DNA from: Camelus ferus
Lineage: Eukaryota
Direction: 5' to 3'
DNA: 64,000 nt
NCBI RefSeq assembly: GCF_009834535.1
Contig: NC_045696.1
Location: forward strand, 52,268,001-52,332,000
This document shows positions 52,070 through 64,000 of this stretch, in pieces. The notes beneath the pieces are model-generated. The model did not search any database and was not told the origin of the DNA. It was given only the letters and a program-made list of their open reading frames with translations. The position numbers and the translations under genes were made by a program. Each line of letters opens with the position of its first letter. The stretch's first letter is position 1.

Positions 52070-54560
52070 ATAGTTGATTTTCCACAATTGTAAAAAGGGA
52101 TATTTTCCAATTATATTTTCTAACTGTTGTCTCCTATGTGTGGGAAAACTGTGTTTACATACTGACTTTGTATCTAGACATCTTGATGAGCTCTTTTATT
52201 CCTTATCATTTATCGGTTGACTCTCTTAATTTTACGTCAAAATTCATATCATCTCCTAACAATGATGGGTTTTTTTTTTCTTTTTCAGTGTTTGTAACTG
52301 TTTTCTTATTTTGTTGACCAGCGTGACAGCAAAATGTTGAATAGTAGTTACAGTAGTGTGCATCTTTGTCTTATTTCACCATTTTTGATGTTGCACCTTT
52401 CAGTATGTTTCTTGCTGGAAGTTCTCTTAAAGAAGTTGCTATATTATTATAGCTTTCGAAGCATGCATTTTAAAAATCATGAATAAATATTGAATTTTAT
52501 CAAATGTTTTTTTCTAAATACATCAAGTAATCATAATTTTTTTATCCTGTTAATGTATTGAATTATAATGATAGATTTACTAGTGTTGAACCACCCTCCA
52601 TTCCTAGATAATTTTTTTAAAATTTATTATTATTTAATAAATAATGTGTTTAATTTACTATTTTTATTCTGGAATTTTCAGACTTCAGAGATTGATACTC
52701 ATAAGTGATATGGACCTTGTTCAGCCTTCATATCCAATTTTGAGATTTTTATTAAACTAGAATTCTTAGAATTAGGTGGAAAATTTTGTCTTTTACCATG
52801 TTTTATGGCTTTTTTTTATTGTTTTAAAAAGGAGAGATCTTTATCTTCTTGATTCTACAGATTTTGGTCATTGTACCTTTCTACCTCTTCCTGAGTCATT
52901 TTGGTAAAATTTTCTTAGAAAGATACTCATTTCTTGTAGACTTTTAAGTTTTTTTTAAAATTTACATTAGTGTTATTTTTAATCATTTATGTTTTAAAAC
53001 TTTCCACAATTAGTGTCTATCACAGCACCATATTTCTTACTGAACAGATTATTTTTTGTTTATATATTTGTTTATGTAATTGTGCTTTCAAATTATCTAT
53101 TTATTTTTTTTAAATTTTTTAGCTACGTACATCTGAATCATCTTCATACATTTGGGGAATTTTAGCATTTTACCTTATCTATCACTGTATAGTAAACTAT
53201 TCCAAAACTTATAAGACAACTACCATTTGGTTTGTTCCTTATTATGTCAGTTAGCAATTTGGGCTAGTTCTGCTGGTATTCGCACCTATGTGTTTTGGGG
53301 GTTCACTCCAGATCATACAAGTTTCTAAAGTTCCCCTTGTTTCCCCTTTATGCTATTAGAGTCACTTTGTCTATGGCAAGCCTTCTTCTCAGTACATGCA
53401 CAAACTCAATAGATACTCTGCAGGAAAAAGTAGTTGGAAAATTCACCTCACCTGGGAGAAGCTCTTCTCTCTCTAGTATTCTAATTCATCAACTCCCCTT
53501 TGTTTTCACAAGTTTCTGATGTTTTTAAAAAATACAGTTTTCATAATTTATCTGATTTTTTTTCTAGTTCAAGTAGGAGTTATGGCCTGTTATTATCTTC
53601 TACATCCTGTTTGGAGGCAGAAGTGAATGTTTTAATTTCAAATCTAGTATTTTTCAGTTGTAGAATTTCTGTTTGATTCCTTTTGAAGAAGTTCTCTCTA
53701 TGCTAAAATCTTCCACCCTTTCCTCTTATTCTAAACATATTAAACATATTTAGTATAACACAGTTGAGTAAAACTCCCACACCTGTGGGCCTGCTTCTGT
53801 TGTTTTTTCTCTTTGAGTCATTCATTCCTGATTTTTAGTGTGGTTCATAAATTTTTTTTACTGAATGTTTGATATTGTGATGAACAATTATGGAGATTGA
53901 GCTTTTTCAGGGAGGCAAAGTGCAGACAGATCACTTTGATCTTTATGAAATTTGGTTTTAGTGTTTATTCAGGCAAGTATTTCAGGCAAATTTATTTCCA
54001 TAGGTATAGCCTTTCCAGGATCTCAAATGAAACTCTTGGTGTTTACAGGTTTTCCTTTATTTTAGCAAACTCTGAACTTCATCCTTTGTCTCCCAAGCAA
54101 GAAATTTCTGCTCAATACTAGACTCGTAGCTACTGTTTTGTTACTCTGTACATATATAGCTTAAAAGTTTACAAACTCTTCAAGGGGAAATCAAATACAG
54201 AGTTTTGGACTTAGTTCTCTGTCTCTCCTTCCTCTGAAATTTTGCCCCTTAAGTTTCAGTCACTTTAACAGAGTCAAACCCTGTCTTCTCTTCCCTGTTC
54301 TCGGTGAGCCTGTCTTTTCTACTCAGATTCTGTCCCCTTAGTTTGTGAATTAGAAATACCTCAGGGAAAGGGCCAAATTCACTTTACAGCTCTCCTTGTT
54401 GTGCTTCCCTTCTCTCAGAAAGCATAGTCCCTCCAACCTTGTCTGTATCAGTTGTCTTCAAACAAATATTTTATATATTTATATTTTATTCAGGTTTTTT
54501 AGATGTTTCTGACACAGAATTAGTCTAATATGAGCTACTCCAGTGTAACTGGAATTCCTA
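52070..54560 (-). mobile_element. Degraded L1M fragments with a small MLT1 piece at ~53175-53280
   Basis: Reverse ORF2-like tactgactttgtatctagacatcttgatgagctc...attgaattttatcaaatg...gttgaaccaccctccattcct. MLT1-like tatcactgtatagtaaactattccaaaactta. Confidence 0.65.
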
Positions 54561-55388
54561 TGAATGAATATAAATCACTTCACCAAGTTAAGCATACAAA
54601 ACCAGGTCACAAATATTTTAATATTCAAATTAAATATTGCTAACCATCATGTAATAGAATGAGTATGAATTTTATCTAAACTCAGAATGTCCCAATGATA
54701 AGTCTAAGATTTTCAGAGATGCTTACTAAGTCCAGTGGGTCATTTTCATTTATTGTATCATGACCAGAATATATGATTTATTCACTAGGGAGGGTTTCTG
54801 TTGATGCCTTTGCTTCCATCCAGTGTTGCTTTGAAAACTGATAGGTCTCTGTTGATGGTGAATAGTGTTTTAGTGTCTGATACATATGTCACTACATTAG
54901 TCCCACCCTGACTTCTATTGTGTGGAAACCCCTTTCCCTGTATAGTATCATTATAGACTCACAAGCCAGGGCTTCATAGCTTATAGTGACTTTGTTGTGG
55001 AGATCTTTCAGAAAAGAGACAGAGAGACAGAGCGAGAAGGAGTTTTCCTTGGCATGGTGGTGGCGTCAGAAGGATTTCTTGCTTCAACTATATGCTGGGC
55101 CAGAACAAGCCCTTTCCTGCAAGCTTTGTGTCCTAATTCTCAAGCAAGGATGGAATTATTTCACTCATTGTACTAAGGTCAGCTCCAAATTCTGTCACTG
55201 GATAAGTCACATTTTGGCTAAGGAAAAAATTATGATGATACCAAAGAGCAATCATTTAAATGTGATTTCCCTAGCAAGGTTCTCCCTATTTGAGGCTCTG
55301 TTGTTCAATGAATGCCTCAGTGTTGACATGAGGACCACTGTTAATGTTAAAAAATGTTCACAGACCAGGTTTACATTACTAGAGAAGA

Positions 55389-55882
55389 TGTATTAGTTTC
55401 CTATTGTGTTGAAACAAATGGTCACAAACTTAGTGGCTTTAAACAACACAAATTTATTGTCATACTGTTCTGGACATCAGAAGTCCAATATCAAGCTCAG
55501 TGGACTAAAATCAAGATGTTGCAGGACTGTGTTTCTTCTCTGGAGGTTCTAGGGGAGAATCCTTTTTCTTGCCTTTTCTAGTTTCTAGAAGCTGCCTGCA
55601 TTCCTTGGCTTGTGGCCCCATCCTTCATCTTCAAACCCTGTAGCATAGCGTTTCTAATAGCTCTATCTCTACTTCTGTTTAACTTCTTTTTCTAACTTTA
55701 ACCCTTTTCTGAGGATCCTTATAATTATACTGGGTTACCTGGATAATCCAGAATAATCTCCTCATCTCAATAGCCTGAATCACATCTGCAAAATCCCTTT
55801 TGCTATGTAACACATTCACAAGTTCTGCAGATTAAAATATTGACATCTTTGGAGGCAGGGGTCAATTATTCATCCTACCACA
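55389..55882 (-). mobile_element. Complete MLT1C/MLT1D MaLR solo LTR
   Basis: TG...CA termini: tgtattagtttcctattg...cacaaacttagtggctttaaacaacacaaatttatt...ggaggttctaggggagaatcc...catcctaccaca. Confidence 0.9.
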
Positions 55883-57924
55883 GAAAGCTTCTTGCCACTG
55901 TCATCATTATACTCTAGAAGGCCCAAGGAATATATGGCTCTCATGTTTTAAGTTGAACTTAATATTCTAGATAGTACCCCCCATGTCTTAACAACAATCC
56001 TTGAGTTGGTCTTTCTTTTATAGAATTCTGTAACCCAAGGATTAAACTGCTGAATTTCTATAGATCAAGAATTTCTGGACTATTTCCTGATGTATAGACT
56101 TTCAGAAGGTTAGGGTGGTTTAGGCAGAGAAGGCAAGGAGGGTTTCTACATTGCTAATTGTTTTTTTAGAGAACAGGTTTAAAATCTGTTCTTTTAAGAC
56201 CTTTTGAAATTATGCAACAGGCTTCAGTTTGGCAATAGCTCAGTTTATCAAAGATGAATTACATATCTTTCACAGGCCAATGGAAAATGCAATGGCGTCT
56301 AATCAAGAATCACAGCCAGGAAGCTAGACTCAGAAGAAAGGCCGTGAACTCAACCAACTTTCTTCTTTCTCTCCTTCCACAGATCCAGTAAGCCCATTCT
56401 CTAACAGAGTTGTTTTACTTTTTGTCTATTTGTAATTGGCAGAGAGGAACAGAAGGACCTTTGGTGACCTGTTTTTACTTGAAGAATATGATTTTACATC
56501 ATGACAGAGGTCTCTAACTTTGTGAACCCTGTCAAAAGTGGATCATGCCTCTAGGTAAAGAAATACTAAAGGTCATCACCTGCTAGAGAAAAGCATAAAA
56601 GACATTTGAGAGATTAGTTTCTTTTTTTCAAATTGTGCACCCCTAAACTTTCTGTGCCAAAAATTAGTATGCCTTGTATTAAATCTCCAGAGATTTGCTT
56701 AAAACCTCTTTTAGTAACTCCAATGTTTCTTTAACATCTTAGTTAGAATTTTGATGTTCCAGATTTACGAAATGCATCTAAATGAATGATACTCTAAATT
56801 CCAAGGACATTTTAAATTTCAACACATGTTGCCTTGCTGAGATTCAAATTTAAACAGCTATCCTCATAAAAATCATTGGAAAGTACAGAAGCCACAGGGG
56901 GAAATAACAATAAACTTTTAAATTTGAACCGGTATTTTGAAGAAAAAAAGTATGATACCTGTTTTCAGCACCTTTTAAAGATATATAGTACATTTGGTTG
57001 TTTAAGAATATACAAGTATATTACGTTTGACTTGATTTTCTTGGCCTATTTAGAGATCATAAACTCCCCAGAAATGTTAGGCTTTTTATCCTGTTTTTAA
57101 ACAAGTCATCATGAAAAATGTTTTCCTTGCCTTCTAATTTTACCATTTCCTTCAAGCCTTCATAGACTATGCACTGCAAATAATATTCAAAATTGTGACA
57201 GTACTGCCATTCGAATGAAAATTTTTTTTTGGATCCATACACATCTGTCATTATGGCCAGTTCTGATAAGCTCACTGTGGGGCAGAAGTCCGGTTTTGGA
57301 GCCAAGAGCTTTAAAATTATTCAAGGATTTGATTGAAAGACAGATACTATTGAAAACACATAGGAACTAAACACTTGAAATAGGTGGCTGTATTTTCAGG
57401 AAATTGGGATGATTTAGATTTGGAGGACAGACAGAGGAGTGATTCCTTTTAAATGAAAGATCCAGAAGCATATAATCACAACCCTTGCTAGTTCTTCTAT
57501 TTCCTGTCACTCCTCAGGCATTTTAGTGCTTCCCATATCAGCAGTGTAAGAGAGGTGGTACATATGTCTGAGGTAAACTTGAGTTCTTTCCTAGAGGAGC
57601 AGAAGACCAAGGGAAAGGGAAGGAAAACCATTAGATCTTGTTTCCTGATTCTCATTTTGAACACCCTGACTTACTTTAATCTGCACATAGTGAATCAGTG
57701 CTTGCTTTCCTTGTTGTCTGTATTACCTACCCTTCAAATTCAGAGATAATATAAAATTTGAATTTGGTAGGAATGCAAAGCACAAATGTTGAAAATTATC
57801 ACATTGCATTGTTATTTGCATTTATATATGATGATTTAAATATAATTTGTACATGGCTTAAATATTGTAGGAAAAGCATTTTTCTCATTCTCCCTCATGG
57901 CTGATAGAACTTTGAACTCCAAAC

Positions 57925-58250
57925 ATTCAGTTATTTATGTATTGAGCATATGTTTATTGAGAACATCCTAATTTTGCTAAATACTGCATATATAAATACA
58001 AATTATTCAGGGTCCCTACTGTCACTAATCACACAGTCTACTGAAAGAAACATGAAAATTCTATTACAATCTTATAAGTGCCATGGTGGAGATATGTTTG
58101 AATACCTAACATTTACTGAATACTTACTATGTGCCTCGGGACTATATGTACTATTAGTTGATTTTTCTAATAGCTTTATGAGATAAGTACAATTATTATC
58201 TCCACTAATACAAATGATGAGTTGAAGCTTAGCAAAGTTAAAAGCATAGT
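57925..58250 (-). mobile_element. L2 tail fragment followed by MIR
   Basis: atgtttattgagaacatccta...gggtccctac, then catttactgaatacttactatgtgcc...attattatctccact. Confidence 0.6.
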
Positions 58251-59139
58251 GAATTTAGAAAGTGTCAAATAGTTTACTGTGACTGACGTCTGTGTTATAG
58301 TTGAGGTATATTTTATTGTGAGATATAATTGATTCTTGAGATTTTTCTTTTTTTGATAGACTGGTTGAATATCATCTAATACAGTTGTTCACTCTTTCAA
58401 TTTCTATTTTAACCATCAAACTTAAGGTCTGCTTGTTTGACTTCCCTGATATTCAGCCCATTAGTCAGGGCCTAAGGGTGATAGGGGTGGAAAAACTCTT
58501 AGAAAGAAAGGGCCAAAACTCCTCTGACAATAATAGATGCGTGGGAGAAAAGTCCAGAAGAGGAACCCCCCACCATAAAGAAAGCACTCAGAGAGGAGAT
58601 TTCCAGAATGATAACTACAGAGAGAATGAAACCATGGGGATGTCAGACCTCTTGTGTCATACTGGAATTTTCAGCCCTTAGCACTGAGCCATCAGTGCTT
58701 GTGGCTTTGATCCACATAATCTTTCTTCATTCATGGTAGTGTTGGAAAGAGAGGGAGCCTTAAGCTTCCTTTGGAACTTGGAATGTAAGATTAGATAATA
58801 ATCATCCAGTGGGGGCATATAGAATGGGCACCTAACCAGTTTTGAGAGGATGATGAAATTAAATATATTGAAATGCTTTTTGAACTTTTTTTTTTTTTTT
58901 GGTAATTTTCAATCATTACAATTTTTTAAGGCAACAAATTGGTTATTTTGCCTGAATAGTAAAATTAAGATTTTCTGATCAATGGCTGTGTTATATTCAA
59001 CTTACTTCTGAACGATCATGATATTTGCTTTATTTCTGTTTTGTTTTGTTTCCAAATCCAATTCTTATGATGGCCATATCATTGGAGAAATAATCCAGTT
59101 TTGGAGGCACTAAATTATACAGAACAGAAACACTGCTGA

Positions 59140-59870
59140 ATTAGTCACAAGTTTGCATTTGCAAGTAGCAGAAACCCAACTCAAATTAATTTAAATAAGA
59201 AAGTATACTATATTAGCTTACATATGCAGAAGGTACCTCTTTGCACTTGCCAGCAATCAGTTTCTCCTGCTGTTTCCTGGCTTTGTTTTTCTTCATTTTG
59301 GCTTTATTCTCTGGTAGGCTATCTCCATATAATGGCAAAGATAACAATGAGAACTTTAGGCATACGTGATCTTCAGCACACACTGGTTTAAATAATAAGT
59401 ATACTGGCTCACATAACAGATAGACGTTCAGATGTAGTGCAGTTTTGGATGTAGTTTGATCAAGCTCTCTGGGACTCTCTTAGCCCGTCTTTATGTGTCA
59501 GCTCTAGTTATAGTGGTCCTAGGCCTCACAGATGCATCATCAGAGTAAGAGAACAAATCCTTCCCTCAATTTTTGGATAGAAGTTCTGAATTTTATTCTG
59601 TGAGGACCAACTAAAGTCATCACTCATTATGGAACCAATGTCTAGTTTGGACAGAAGTTCTAAATTTTATTCTGTGAGGACCAACTAAAGTCATCACTCA
59701 TTATGGAACCAATGTCTAGACCAAGAGATTTAGAAACTCTCCTGGTTGGCTTATACTAATCAGGACCTACTCCTGGGGTTGTATCAGTCCAACATAAACC
59801 AAATGCCTGTTACATAATGGGTGACAAATGAGATGGATACTGGAAAAAGCAGTACTCACAACCAGCAGAA
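59140..59870 (-). mobile_element. MLT1K/L-like LTR fragments
   Basis: ttgcaagtagcagaaacccaactcaaatt...ttggctttattctc, and a second start actggtttaaataataag...tactggctcacataac. Confidence 0.6.
59572..59719. repeat. 74-bp tandem duplication with 2 mismatches
   Basis: 59572-59645 versus 59646-59719; differences are gaTag/gaCag and ctGaa/ctAaa. Confidence 0.97.
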
Positions 59871-62800
59871 ATCCTGGGAAGTTTCCCATTGGGAAAGTGC
59901 CTTTGGCTGACATAAGCCTCATACTCATCTAGGTACCCCCAAGACTAAAGGTGAAAAATGAGTGGGTCTCCATTAGGCAGAGAGGAATTTTGGGAGCAGG
60001 CCAAACAATACCTGTGTACTATCACATCTCTAATTGTTCTATTTTATATTCTGGATGGAAAGTAGTCTTGTCTACTGCCATGGACACACAAACTGGAAAA
60101 ATTACATTTTAGAATCCTTGAGCACTAACAGCTGAATTTTTATTTAGAATATGAAAAGATTAGATAACGTTTTCCAACGGGAGGAAAAAATTGAGATTTA
60201 TAGCAGTAGCATTTCTTACGTAGAAAGAAGCAATATCTGCTTTTCTGGAAACGAAGACTGCAAGGGAATAAATCATGTTTTACGAGAAATTGATAGAAGA
60301 AGACAATTTCTCCCAGTCATTTTATAAAATGTAAGAATTACCATGGTTTTCAAAGAAATGCGTTGGTGGCCGATATAGGAACTTAATTCCAATGAAAGCA
60401 CACACAGTTTAATCTTTGGCATTAGGAAGAATATTTATGCAAGTTTTTTTCTTTTTCTTAATTAGAAAAATACATAGTACCAGTAATTTGATCCTGAATA
60501 CATTTTTTAAAAATATTATTGCCATTCTTGCATCTTTATTGAGTATTTTTAAAGTTGAAGCTTTAAAATTTTGTTGAAGTTTCAGATTCAAGTATAGACT
60601 TCCAAGGAAGGATCAAAGTTATGAGATGTAATTTAAGAATATTGCTAAATGAAATACTTCCACGGTAACCTACCTTTGATATATCTTGTCTATTAAAGAT
60701 TAATAGTTTGAAATGTCAAAACATCACAGATGAGAAAAACTTAAGCCTTGTAGAGTTACTCTGTGTACTTATATATAATGAGCCTCTAGTGGGCTGTCAG
60801 AATGTAGTGTAGAGATGAAGGCTGAGAGATACCCCACCTCCCCTGCTTCTGTGGCCCAAGGTGGCTGTGGCTCGTGGTGGGGCCGTCGAACAGCTGACAG
60901 TACATACGGCTGATATTTTCTGGCCCACCTTCATTTCTCACTCTGCCACTCCATAGTGTTTTTTCATCAGTATGATTTTTATTTGTGTAGAGAACTGAGA
61001 GATGAAAAGTTTTACCAGCAGGCATTTGGTGCTATGAATACACAGTAGTAGTTTAAGAAGGTTACTGGTTGAGTCTCTATCTCCAGTGGAGGTAAATTAA
61101 ATGCAGGAGAAGATAATAAATTAGATAAAGGGTTCTGTTCTTTCTGCTGTCTGGGAAGAAGTCTTATAGGACATCCTACATCTGAAAGAAAGAATTCAAC
61201 TGTCATTGAAAATAGCATATAATAAATACATTTGGGATCATTTTAAAATTAGTTTTGAAAGAACATTGGAATTGGATGTCACTCCAATTTAATATGTTCT
61301 ACCTGGGGATCCCAGTGTGTGGGAACATTGTGCTAGCTCCTTTGGGAAAATACATGATACGTCTGCCTTCAAAGAGCCGATGGTCTCAGTAGGACAGACG
61401 TGTACCTTTTAGCAAAAGACACGAGAGCATATAATAAATGGATAATGTTCTAGTCAAGTTATTTTCATAGAGACTCACTGGGGATTTTCATTAGAATTTA
61501 TGTGCTAACAAGAAAGATTAGATTTCATGAAGCTCCAGGATAAAAATCCATGCAGTGTCAACATAGGAAGATAAGTACTGGAGACCTGTCCTCGATTCAA
61601 GCAGCTGTTGCAGTGTCGTGCACAAATGTTTTACCATTAGTGTGATGTGACTGTTGGGTGTATTTTTTTCTCTGTCTTCCTCTCTACCCTCTGTCTTCCA
61701 GAATTCAAGTTCAAATTCATGAGACAGAATCTGTTTGCTAATTATTCAAACCTCATTTAGCCTGAGTTTTTTTGCCCAGCAATGGCCAGTGGGTAGATAA
61801 ACTGTGGGCGTTGGGGAGGAAGAGTGATTTGTGATGAAACTGCTTCCCTGGGCTGCCTCTTCCACCTGGCCTTGTGAGTGTGTGGCAAGGGGCACTGTAA
61901 CCAACATGAAAACAGCAGCAAGTGTATTGGTAGTAAATTCTCTGGGAGATCAAAGAAGGAAGTACTTACTATGGAATTGTCAGTCTAATGGGACTTCATG
62001 GCAAAGAGGGATTTGAACTGTGTCCTGAATGTTGAGCAAGGATCTAGTTGTAGACAGTAGGAAGGGAGGGATTCTAATATAGAAGTGTTGTGCTGCCTGC
62101 ATAATAGGTACAAAACTCAGAGTAACTGGGACACATCGTTAATACAACTTTTAAAAATTTGACTGTAAGCCCAAAAAACACTTACAGCATTTAATTAGTC
62201 AGATTAAGGACTAATTTTCTAGTTGTGGAGGTGAAGCCAGGAGTAGTGAGCATTTTTTTTTCCCCTACTAGTTGAGTGGGTCTTTATGCAGAGATGTGAT
62301 CTCAAAGTTGAGATAAGCATATGCTGACTTTATTGCCATCTTCACATGAACTAAGAAGGGAAGAAAGGGGATAATTCCTAGCAGAGACAAACAGTTAGAA
62401 AGTACAGTTTCTTACCACTCCAGGAAAGGCACAGATCAGTGTCCTTTGCTTTCCTATCCTCTTTTAGAAACCATATTTGCCAGCAGGTTTGTATTTGCCT
62501 ATAAGTTTAGTCTAAGCACCTATATAGAAACTATTCTATTTATATCCCTGATGCAAAATTTTCAGGGCAAGAATTGATTTGTGTCCACCCCAGAACAAAT
62601 CTATTGTGGCCAGGAGATAGGTCACATTTTAGAAATGAGGCATGTCTCTCCTCAAGCTTACAGTTGATGAGGTTGAGGAGGGCAGTTATTTGCAAAAGGG
62701 ATGCTGAGCAGATGCAACAAATAGTGTTCATTTCAATGGTCTTTTTTCACACCAAGGAAATATCAACCTCCCTTCTCATATGGGGCTTAATTTCAATTTT

Positions 62801-63261
62801 CCTTCCTTCAGAATCTGAACTGCTAATGTGAGTAACTCCAGGTCTCTAGAATTTAATACTGAAGAAAGTTTGTAATGGAGCCTAGACTGTAATTCTGGTT
62901 GGTCCTCCACATTTGTGAGGATTGTAGAATTGTAGAATCCCCCAAGCACCATAAAGAATATACTTGCTCGTTCAAGGAAACTTTCAGTGACCTCTGGTAT
63001 ATATTGGAAATTGGGCAACATTCTGTACCATTCTTGGCATATCTTCAAGGGAGGCATGACTTCTAGTAAGAGAGTAGGGACCTGATATATGTATATATTC
63101 CCATTCTTTGTTGGTCCTTATGGCTTGTCAGGAAAAAAAAAAAAAAACTATCGTCTCTTATAGAGGAAAGTAACTAAAACCAAACATTAAAGCCCCATGG
63201 GAACCTTTTATTCTTCAGCTGTGGGTCTCCCTTCTCATATCTGTTTTGAGATCACATAAGA

Positions 63262-63710
63262 ATAATAATGATAAAAATAGTCAACACTCACTGAATACTT
63301 ACTATGTGCCAGACACCTTCTAAGCCAATGCTGGGCAAAATATTATGGCCCAGGTCAGATCCAGCTGGCTACATGTTTTTATAAATACAGGTTTTTTGGA
63401 AAATAGCTACTTCTATTTGTTTATATATTATGGCTGCTTTTGCCCTACAGCAACAGAGCTGAGAAGTTGCAAGAGGGATCCTATGATCCACAAAGCCTAA
63501 AGTATTTACTATCTGACCCTTTGCAGAAAATTTGCTGACCCCCTGTTTAAGCATATAATATGTATGTAATACAACTCTCACAACAATCTCATAAGGTAGG
63601 TACTATTTTCTTCATTGCTATTTTACAGATAAGAAAACTGAGCCATAGAAAGATTTAAAAAAAACCTCCCCCAGTGTTGCACAGCTAGGAAGCATTAGAT
63701 AACTAGACTT
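63262..63710 (-). mobile_element. MIR interrupted by MER58A
   Basis: cactgaatacttactatgtgccagacacc...|MER58A|...ctcacaacaatctcataaggtagg...ttttacagataagaaaactgag. Confidence 0.85.
63326..63545 (+). mobile_element. MER58A (hAT-Charlie MITE)
   Basis: Full-length match to recalled MER58A (tatggctgcttttgccctaca...aaagcctaaagtatttactatctgacccttt...tttgctgacccc). Flanks TTCTAAGC and TTTAAGC resemble a TSD. Confidence 0.9.
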
Positions 63711-63826
63711 GTCTTACATTCTCAGAATTTTGAAATGTTAGTCAGAAAAAAGAAGTACATCAAGATCCTGATAATAATAGCTACCATTAATAAAGAACAT
63801 ATATGAGTGCTGAGGTTAATTATGTT

Positions 63827-64000
63827 CAGTGGTTCTCAACCAGGAGTGATTTTGACCCCTGGGGGACATTTGGTAGTGTTTGGAGACGTTTTTGGTTGTC
63901 ACACTAGAGAGGGGAATGCTACTAGCATCTAGTGAGTAGAGGCCAGGATGCTGCAGAACATCCTACGATACACAGGACAGCCCCCACAACATATAATCAC
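63827..64000 (+). mobile_element. MER20 (hAT-Charlie), cut by the window end
   Basis: cagtggttctcaaccagg...ggggacatttgg...ggagacgtttttggttgtcac...gcatctagtgagtagaggccaggatgctgc. Confidence 0.92.

Noticed and set aside
54986..55581. 136-aa and 75-aa plus-strand ORFs
   Set aside because: The longer one starts at GTG and has no recognisable domain, and both run into an MLT1 LTR.
60781..60796. Second CTCF-like motif (CCACTAGAGGCT)
   Set aside because: The 3' half of the core is misaligned by one base, so the match is too weak.
61264..61292. Short hairpin aattgga-tgtcac-tccaatt as a miRNA or structured RNA
   Set aside because: The stem is far too short for a pre-miRNA. I recognised no known miRNA, tRNA or snoRNA anywhere in the window.

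Overview
AT-rich eutherian mammal DNA with no supportable protein-coding exon. The window looks like the 5' end of a large minus-strand gene with a multi-exon non-coding leader. It is most probably ZBTB20: I recognised the first two leader exons from memory of the mRNA and did not confirm this by a search. A CpG island with a 10-box CCAAT promoter (~46.4-48.2 kb) drives exon 1 (donor at 47104, alternative donor at 46949). It is followed by a 95-nt cassette exon (44982-45076), a GA/CT-rich candidate alternative first exon (donor at 8148) and a 92-nt exon (1858-1949). Splice signals and a poly(A) signal outline a candidate 3-exon antisense lncRNA (~2.0-4.6 kb). The rest is ancient repeats: MIR, L2, L1M, MaLR/ERVL/ERV1 LTRs, MER58A, MER20 and a Charlie transposase fossil split by an LTR. 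I saw no young order-specific SINEs. The most unusual objects are a polyadenylated, apparently retroposed ERV-LTR fragment with internal tandem repeats (~20.4-20.8 kb) and an internally deleted L1 with a target-site duplication. I found no convincing wholly new biological system. Repeat subfamily names come from recalled consensus sequences and need RepeatMasker/Dfam confirmation.
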